Positions 55,691 through 64,000 of a stretch of DNA of 64,000 nt are shown here, piece after piece. Every line of letters starts with the position of its first letter. Within the stretch, counting starts at the first letter, position 1. The notes under the pieces are model-generated. The model made no database searches and was not told the DNA's origin. It was given only the letters and a program-made list of their open reading frames with translations. The stretch is from Antedon mediterranea (Eukaryota > Animalia > Echinodermata), in assembly GCF_964355755.1 (NCBI RefSeq), contig NC_092673.1, forward strand, positions 24,983,648-25,047,647, in the 5' to 3' direction. A program made the translations under genes and the position numbers.

Positions 55691-57459
55691 TTTAAAGTTG
55701 CTATGGAGTTTTGAAATATCGCCCTCATCGGTTAAAAATACACCAACTTTTTCTGTTTTGCGCGGGGGTGTGTGCTTAATTTCTTTTGCTGTGAAAAACT
55801 ATACTGAGCAATTGCGCAAAGGTAAATGCCTAAACAAATTATTACCCGAAACATGTTGTTAACTTTGTTTTATTGATGTAGTTTTTAATATACTTGATGT
55901 TGATTTACCAAGTTAATATGCATATTAGTATTGTAAAACTAATAAAGCAATCGTATAGTGTGGACAGTAATTATATAAATACTTGTTATGCATTAAGGTA
56001 GGAAAATTTAAAAAAATCAATGCTCAAGCGTACTATTGTCATTGCATAGTCCTTTGAAGGTTTTTTCGATTTTGGCCTATGAGGCAACGTTGCAATAGAA
56101 GCCCGTCTCTTTGTCTTGTTTAGATCACCAAGCTAAAAAAAAATTGAAAAAATAAATCAAATATAGTTAAAGACAATTAACTTATAATATAATAATGAAT
56201 GTTTATGAGTGGAATGGTACAAATAATGCCATGAGGTGAATGATGAAATGTTAAATTTCAATGAGACGAAGCCGAGCTGGATTTTACGGTCAGAAACAGT
56301 AATGGTCTTGATTTTGCTTTTCGTATGCGAGAAGAATTTTTTTCCGTACACGAAAAAAACTACTATTAACGATCGTTAAATAGTGCGTACTATTGCACGC
56401 CATGTGATCCACAATCTTCCAATCAAATGACAGGAATTTAGGTGTTATTATTATCATAACGTTTATATCAACTGTTAGTATTAATGGGTTAATCTTTAAT
56501 TAGCAGAAATGAAATGATAGGTCAGGGATTTCCTTTTATCCTCAAGCGCGTTAATTGCTTATATCATGCCAGTATAAAGTTCGGTCGCCATCATTAGGCC
56601 TACATGCATCTTACCTGTCGATCGGCTAGTGGTGAGATGGTCGAAGACGTTCTTCGCAGCCGCCTAGGTTTTGACATCGTCTGAAATGGCTTTATGCAAA
56701 TATATAAAACAATATTTAAAATACTTATGTATTATTATTTTACCACGAATAAAGGCATGGTTGGGTGGTCGTTATTGTTTTCTCGATGACGACAAAACAG
56801 CAAAAACAGTTGAATATAATAAACACTTAGTTGTAGTCTAGAAAATCGGAGAAAAACAGGGAACCAGACAACCAGAACGTAAAGGGCCAAAATATATATA
56901 TATATATCATCGTAGTCGCCATGATGAGATGAGATATTTAAGTATAGCTCCATCATCGTATCCCGCCCTTTTTTCATCAAACAACTTGTTTAAACCTTGC
57001 TCGGTCGTACTGTATTGAAGATGAAAACATGCAAGCATACATTAACTTACCATTAGCCGAGTGTGATCGTAACTGCCCAATAACGTTTGATACACATGAA
57101 ATATCAAAAGCCTACTTATAACCATCCTACATTATACAATTGCACTTATCTGTTCAAACTATGTTTGCTTGAATACTGACAACATTTCTACAAACGACAA
57201 TGTTGCCAAGTAAATATAATCATATCTTAGTAACGTGAATATTTGTCGTCCTAATGACGAGCAGGTTCAGTTAACTAGTATTTGTTCTGCTCATTAAAAA
57301 ACGATAAACGTACACACTGTAAGCTTACTGATGATAGTTGTTCATGATAGGATTCCTAAATAAGACTATACTCAATATTTTAGATCGCAAAATATTAGTA
57401 TAATGTATATAAATGTATAACATTTCTATTTCTATTTGTTTCTTCCACAATATTTTATC

Positions 57460-57780
57460 TATTTATTCTTTATACTGGGTAACCTTTTCAGTTAAAAACT
57501 GTTCTCACAGAGGGCCCAGTTATACACAAATCACAGTAAAATTACAAAACAATATCTAAAACAAACCAACGATACATATACAAAAAACTATAAAACAAAT
57601 GAATAAAATAACACCCCACGTTCAAATTATTCACAGCATTCCAGATCCGATTCCCCCCAAAAATAAATCTTCTATCAGATTCAGTTCTTGGGTTGTAATT
57701 TACATTATAACTGAACCTGGTAGAATAATTATGAACATCTTGAAAATTAAAACATGTGTGGATGGTGTAACAAAAACATA
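57460..57780 (-). mobile_element. Decayed 3' fragment of an L2/Crack-like LINE
   Basis: QDVHNYSTR...PRTESDRRFIFGGNRIWNAV resembles the LINE RT tail; followed by a 3'UTR-like segment ending in AAAGAATAAATAG. Confidence 0.5.
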
Positions 57781-60159
57781 ACAACATATTATAATACACA
57801 ATGACATTTATGATAAAATAATTAATTAGTTAATAAATATACTTGCATAAAAACATCGTGAAAATCATGTTTATATTATTGGCCTATTGAGCTAGAGAAC
57901 TTGTTACAATAAGATTAAAAAAAAGAACAGGGTTTAAAGGAAAAAGAAACGTATGTTTTTTCTCGAATAAAGCCAAATCATATCACACACAGCGTAGCAC
58001 ACATACACGCTCAAAGATGTATTATAAAAAGTCAGCACAAGTATAATACCTAGATATTACAAAACATATTTAATGGTCTTAATAGAATTTACACATTTTA
58101 ACTATGTTTAAATTAAGAATTGATTTACCGTTCACAATTCCTTCTTAATACATGCCTATATTATCAATACTGTACACATAATCCTTCCCAAGAATAATGG
58201 TAAGGGCGGTCTACAGCAGAGATGCAGAAAAAAAACAACTTACTTTACAAAATAAAAAACACTGTGTGATTCCTGCGGAAAATCTTTTAAATCCTGTTCA
58301 AAATCTTATATTAAATGGAGGCCTTACATCGAATAGTAAAACGAATTATAGGCCTAAAAGACACACGGCGTGAGTTAGCAGCAATCACAGACACAAAAAT
58401 AATGAACTACGGACTATTAAACATTCTTATCAACAACTCCATTAAAACAGGTGTAACGGTGTCATACGTCGTTCAGACATGATTTAAGGACAATGAACAA
58501 TCAATGGTCTCAATCTCAAACCGCTGTATTTATATTGATCTGTTGACGTATACTTAATAACCACCCGTTCAATGAATATGATGTCTGATTTTACATGATG
58601 AGAGAATTATGCAAAGCAACAGCTATATACGATTATGATGGTGGTAAGTGCACTCCACTTCGAGATCGACCAAAATATGTTTAAGCAAGAAGCATGGTAA
58701 CGAGTAAAGAAACATTAAAACAATTTCCATTGCTGCATCTTGGGGTTTAGAATATTGTTTATCAAATGCAATGCACGCCTGCTCTGCTAATATATTGACA
58801 TACTCTTATGCCTAAACGAATCAAATGTATAATTTTATAAAAACTCTTGTGTCGGTTATATTTTTTTTAATGTAGTCAAAACAGTAGTTTACACGTGTTT
58901 TTCTTGTTTCTAGATGTTTTCGTCAAGAGGACTCTTAGTCTTAGTTAGAAAATAAGACTTTCATGGTCTATCCTGTATCTATTTGTCTTTTAAACTTTTT
59001 TCTTGTTATAGATTTTATTGTCTTTTCGTGCCATTTTTAATTGAAATATTGTTGGGGTGGTGTCCTCACCGGTCTTCAATAAATTTGTGTAGGCACAATT
59101 TACTGACCATTTCCACTCTCTCTTCACATTAGGTTTCGTGGAGGAGCTGCAGATAATCAGTGAAGCTTATGAAAGCACATGTTCTCTAATCATTATAATG
59201 ATAGCCAACAATTCAGTTTATGAAGACGTTTTTCAGGAGTAAGGGTTCACATCACATGTGCAGTATATGAGGAGCATCGCAATTGCATATCATAAACACA
59301 ATCGTCACTCATTTTTTTTAAACATTACTTAAAATAATCTATTCCAAATATTAACAAAAAAGAAGCCAATGTAATTAAGTTTTTATAACAGTTATAGATT
59401 ATTTATTATTTCAGTTCTGTGATTCAATAACATATTAATTAATTTTAATAAATGTTTATCATCTTGATTTAAGTTTATGTCTACTTTCAATTAGTTTTGA
59501 TTCTATAGTTACATCAATGTATTTGTCTTTAGCCCTGAAAATAAATATTTAATTTATTAATGATGTTCTGGGATTGGAAGGTATTATATAAGTACAAACA
59601 GTGAGGACAATCAATTGGCTGAAAAGACTCCTTTTTAAACTCCCAAGAAAAGATTACAACATCCACCATTACACTGATCTAGTTCTCTTCTGATCTGGTT
59701 GTCAAGTCAGCAGCATCCAAAGTGCTCTAGAACAACCAGATGCTCAGGGAGTGCCCGAGAAGGAATTTCTTTTTTTTCGTATAAAAGTTTACACAATAGC
59801 TACCTCAAACCATTGTGGGTATTTTCATTATCACAATCAGTAAAAATTATTTCACAAACTTTCGATGTGGCATTGGTCATATAGTACACAACCTCTGGCC
59901 ATACCCAAGGTAACTACAATACACACCACAACAAAATACCTAATAAGGATTCAATTAAACACAAAATAAATGTCTTCATGATAGCCTATTTGTATCTTGG
60001 TATGCTATGGTGTCATTATCACCACCAAGCCTTACACAGTCATGCCACATAAGAGTATTACAGTTCCATACCGTAATATCTATATTGACATTTTTCATCT
60101 TATTATGTAACGGCGATATATTAAAATCAATAATTAAAATATTATAGATAATTGTACTT

Positions 60160-63100
60160 TTATTCCTTAGAAAGATCAAGAACAGCTCGAACCATTTCTC
60201 CTACGCCATCATGAATCTCATGCACTTTCGTCTCACACATGTATGCTGGCGTAGTAACAACTTTATTGGCCTCGTCCACATGGATCTCGGATACGTTCTT
60301 GTTGACATGTTTTGCTCCCATCTCTTGCACTGCTCCGGCAGTGCCTGCATATGGATAGCGTCCACCATCATCTTTGTCCTGTCCAACTGTCACCTCACAT
60401 CCAGGGATTAACTTGGCTGCTAACACTGGAGCAATGCAACACAAACTAAAAATTTATATAAACATAAGATATCATACCAATATATGATACTCAATTTTTA
60501 AAATTATATTTTTAATATCTTTCTATTAATGTTTGCCTGTACTCAATAGAATAGCAAAAGATAGCTTACTTGAATTTGTATATAAATAAATAATTGTTAA
60601 TCATAACAAATAATGATAATTATAATAACATTTAATTTTCTATAATCATCTTTTATTTAATTGTCCTTGTATTGTAAATCACATGTTTTCCCTCTGAGAT
60701 TGTTTTGGTTTTTTTTTATATACAGAATAAATAAAAATAACTTATTATACTGTGGCAGTTACTGCAGTAACTACATATTTTTTACTGCAGTACTTAATAT
60801 ATATATGTTTTAATGTAGACATAGTTTATAAGGCAGTCACTGCAAAAATATATGTACGACTTCAATTCAATTCAACTTATATAAAGAAAATCATGCTAAA
60901 TACAATACATAAACAGTATTAAGTATTATAAACAAAGTGAAGCTTACCTACAGTCAATTAATTTGGACACATTTTATTCTACCCTTAATATACAGTATAA
61001 TACAATGTCTAACTACTTTGTTTGTAAACAATCTAATTTAATCAGATGAAATTATTCAATGAGAAAATATTAATCATTACCCCAATGGCTTCTTGGCTGC
61101 AACAAAATCTTTAATGACTTTTTCGACTGTGGGATCTATCTTACACTTAGCACCATCAACTGCATATGTAGACCTAGATTAAGAAAAACACAACAGATTT
61201 CTTTCAACTGAACCCTATTAAGGGGACACCTTAATAGGGACTGTAGTGTTAAAGCATATTGCTCCTTGTTTGTTTCCAGGAAAGTGTCCCCAGAATAGGG
61301 GTTGTCTGTGTGGTAAACATATATTTCAACACAGGAAAAGTCCCCTCAAAAGGGGTGTCCCAACTGCTGCATAACGATTTAAAGCATATTGCTCCTTGTT
61401 CGTTTCCAGGAAAGTGTCCCCTGAATAGGGGTTGTCTGTGTGATAAACATATATTTCAACACAGGAAAATTCCCCTCAACAGGGGTGTCCCAACTGCTGC
61501 ATATCGATTTAAAGCATATTGCTCCTTGTTCGTTTCCAGGAAAGTGTCCCCTGAATAGGGGTTGTCTGTGTGGTAAACATATATTTCAACACAGGAAAAG
61601 TCCCCTCAACAGGGGTGTCCCAAATGCTGCATATCGATTTAAAGCATATTGCTCCTTGTTCGTTTCCAGGAAAGTGTCCCCTGATTAGGGGTTGTCTGTG
61701 TGGTAAACATATATTTCAACACAGGAAAAGTCCCCTCAACAGGGGTGTCCCAAATGCTGCATATCGATTTAAAGCATATTGCTCCTTGTTTGTTTCCAGG
61801 AAAGTGTCCCCTGAATAGGGGTTGTCTGTGTGGTAAACATATATTTCAACACAGGAAAAGTCCCCTCAACAGGGGTTTCTACAGCTGTATATCAATTTAG
61901 GTAAACCTGTCAGATGTATTGAAACATTGCACAATTTATGCAATAAACAATTTCCCAATATATCTTCAAAGTTTTTTTTTTACCCAGTATCTCGTTGGTT
62001 AAGATTTACCAAATAGTATCTTTAGTAATTTAGCTGTAAGCTAATAATTTAGCTATTACATTTGTAAGAGCTTTATCACCCCTGTAAAAATGTCTACTAG
62101 TAGCAGGCCTTGTCTTTTAAGGTGAGCGTGATCACTCACTTAACACACTCCAAACAAACAGCACACCTGCAGCATCCCTGAATGTATTGAGGAGTGCAAT
62201 TTGTAGTACACACTATCATTTTCAAAAGACAAGGCCTGAGTTACTAGGTTTAAAACATTCTGTGAAAATGGCCAGAAACAAACCCAGTACCGTTATCTAT
62301 TAGAATAACAAAGATGAGTAATTATAAGCAAAGCTTACAAGTTTTTGGCAGCACCAAATCCACCCGGGAAGATGACCGCATCGTGATTATTAACGTCAAG
62401 TGTCGACAAAGCAGCAATCTTTCCACGTGCAATTCTTGCCGATTCCACCAAAACATTCCTGAAACAAAATATAGATGTATTTTTGTTGTATAATAATTAA
62501 TAAATCCATCAATGTTGATATAAAGCTTGCGGTACACCATGTGTATTAGTTCTGATAAGAACTGTTGAGTTTCTCTCTAAATTCATCAAATAACCTGTTG
62601 TAATGTCAAATGGCGTTTTGGTTTAGATAAACAGCATTTAGTCACACATTCAATGCAAGATGAACTCAAAACAAGATACAGTAGAACCTCTATTAAAGAG
62701 ACACTTTTGCTAACCCAACAAGATGTCCCTTAATAAGGTTTCTCCTGAATAAGGTTTCTCCTGAATAGAGATTTGCCATAATTTTAAACAACATATTGCC
62801 TCTTGTTCGTTTCATAAGCAGTGTCCTCTGAATAGGGGTGTTCCACTGAAGAGGTTGTACAGTGCATTAGTTTGTTTAAGCCTAATATAAATGAATATTA
62901 AAAATAAAAATTATGTGTTGTTGTTGGCTCTCTACTTAATTGTGTATCATTCATAACAATTGTTGTTCGTAGCATTATCGCCTCCTTTTGGGGTTGTCGT
63001 GTAAAAAAACTGTACTAACCTGGTCTCTTTGGTAGGCTCTCCCTTAGTATGGTCAATCACATGCATCTGTTGCTTGTCAGGGGCGAACATAGCAACATTG

Positions 63101-63678
63101 GCATCACTCCTGCTGAGATGAACCAGCACTCTATGTAAAGAAATGTATGAAGCGTTATACAGTAATATTGTTTATCATCATTGCAAGAGAAAGCGTTTGT
63201 TCATTCCAATTTTTGCTAATAATGCCCTCAAAATATCAAGAAATTCTAATTATTGGTATGTAAACTGGGAAATGTACAGTAGCTACTTATAAATGATGAA
63301 CCAAGTAATGTTATACCCTTACAATTTATAATACAGGCCAGTATATAATATGTGAGAATACAGTATGCATTGCATAATATATATAATCTCTTTATTTCCA
63401 AAAATACTGACCAATTTACATCTCTTGGCCAAATTGGCAAAATTGTAAAAAACACGTCAAAAATATTGCCTAAAGAAGTGTAACTGTAAGAATTAAAACA
63501 AACAATAAACAAAAGAAACAGTCAAAGGAGCAGTGGAAAGTCAGCATGGAAGGTAAAAAGTACTGTAGTTGATTTTGCACCTTGGCCTATTACAACCCAC
63601 CACAAAGAGAATAAAAACCACATACGCAGACGCTTCATGGACTTCAGTTCCATCGTAGACACCTGATCCCGAGAAAAC
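60160..63678 (-). CDS. GATD3: ES1 / glutamine amidotransferase-like class 1 domain-containing 3 (DJ-1/PfpI superfamily); 5' exon(s) lie beyond the window; exons ~63626-63678, 63020-63130, 62338-62457, 61081-61173, 60160-60446
   Basis: [78 protein letters not shown]. Confidence 0.95.
61250..61880 (+). repeat. 130-bp tandem array (~4.8 copies) inside a pogo/Tc1-like MITE frame (~61207-61884)
   Basis: AAAGCATATTGCTCCTTG at 61251, 61381, 61511, 61641, 61771; preceded by GAACCCTATTAAGGGGACACC and ending GGGGTTTCTACAG. Confidence 0.9.
62679..62862. mobile_element. pogo/Tc1-like MITE, single-unit relative of the 130-bp array
   Basis: TA|CAGTAGAACCTCTATTAA...CATATTGCCTCTTGTTCGTTTC..AGTGTCCTCTGAATAGGGGTG...GAGGTTGTACAG. 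Confidence 0.65.
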
Positions 63679-64000
63679 CTATTTGGATAAAATAGCTGAG
63701 TTAAGGAATTAATAGCTCCTATGTATGTACTGTATAAAAACATTCATTACAAATCAGCAATATCTAAAACTAAATATAGTAATAATAATAGACCGTAGGC
63801 CTCGTCCTATTAAACCAATACTACATGTACAGTAGGAGGCTACTGTTACAGCAGTAAAAAAACACTAAACTGTAAACATAAAATAAAGATAGGCCTAGTC
63901 ACTACAAACTGTTAACTAGGTGGCTAGGCCCTAATCCTACATTACAAATGTTGGTGACTTTCAGAGTTACTTAAAGGGGGGTTCCGGGTTTAAAATGAAT

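Noticed and set aside
57242-57308. Possible hammerhead (CTAATGA..GAGCAG/CTGCTC)
   Set aside because: No GAAA core after the stem; better explained as a plain imperfect inverted repeat.
61259-61900. Four near-identical Cys-containing ORFs
   Set aside because: By-products of the 130-bp repeat, antisense within a GATD3 intron.

Overview
AT-rich eukaryotic (animal, probably marine invertebrate; taxon not determinable) genomic DNA with spliced genes. Seven intron-containing genes are supported: a C6orf163-like coiled-coil gene (+), then on the minus strand TAPT1, TMEM127, OAT, a secreted subtilisin/proteinase-K-like S8 protease, CABCOCO1-like and a 5'-truncated GATD3/ES1. The non-coding part is dominated by palindromic satellite structures. 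(1) A ~12-kb array of ~182-bp monomers flips orientation at 6780/6781; the same junction recurs as three 91-bp micro-inversions. (2) An 8.2-kb foldback-like element (39131-47376) has short TIRs, TATA flanks, two mirror-image arms of 106-bp repeats that carry a TIR half-site, and a central loop holding a young LINE, a Penelope-type hammerhead remnant and a Helentron-like HINE. Many MITEs are present (Kolobok-, Harbinger-, MULE-, pogo- and HINE-like), one with a decayed P2X7-ballast/KolX-like coding remnant. TAPT1 has a U12-type intron. All calls are by eye; no searches were run, and exon coordinates marked ~ are approximate.
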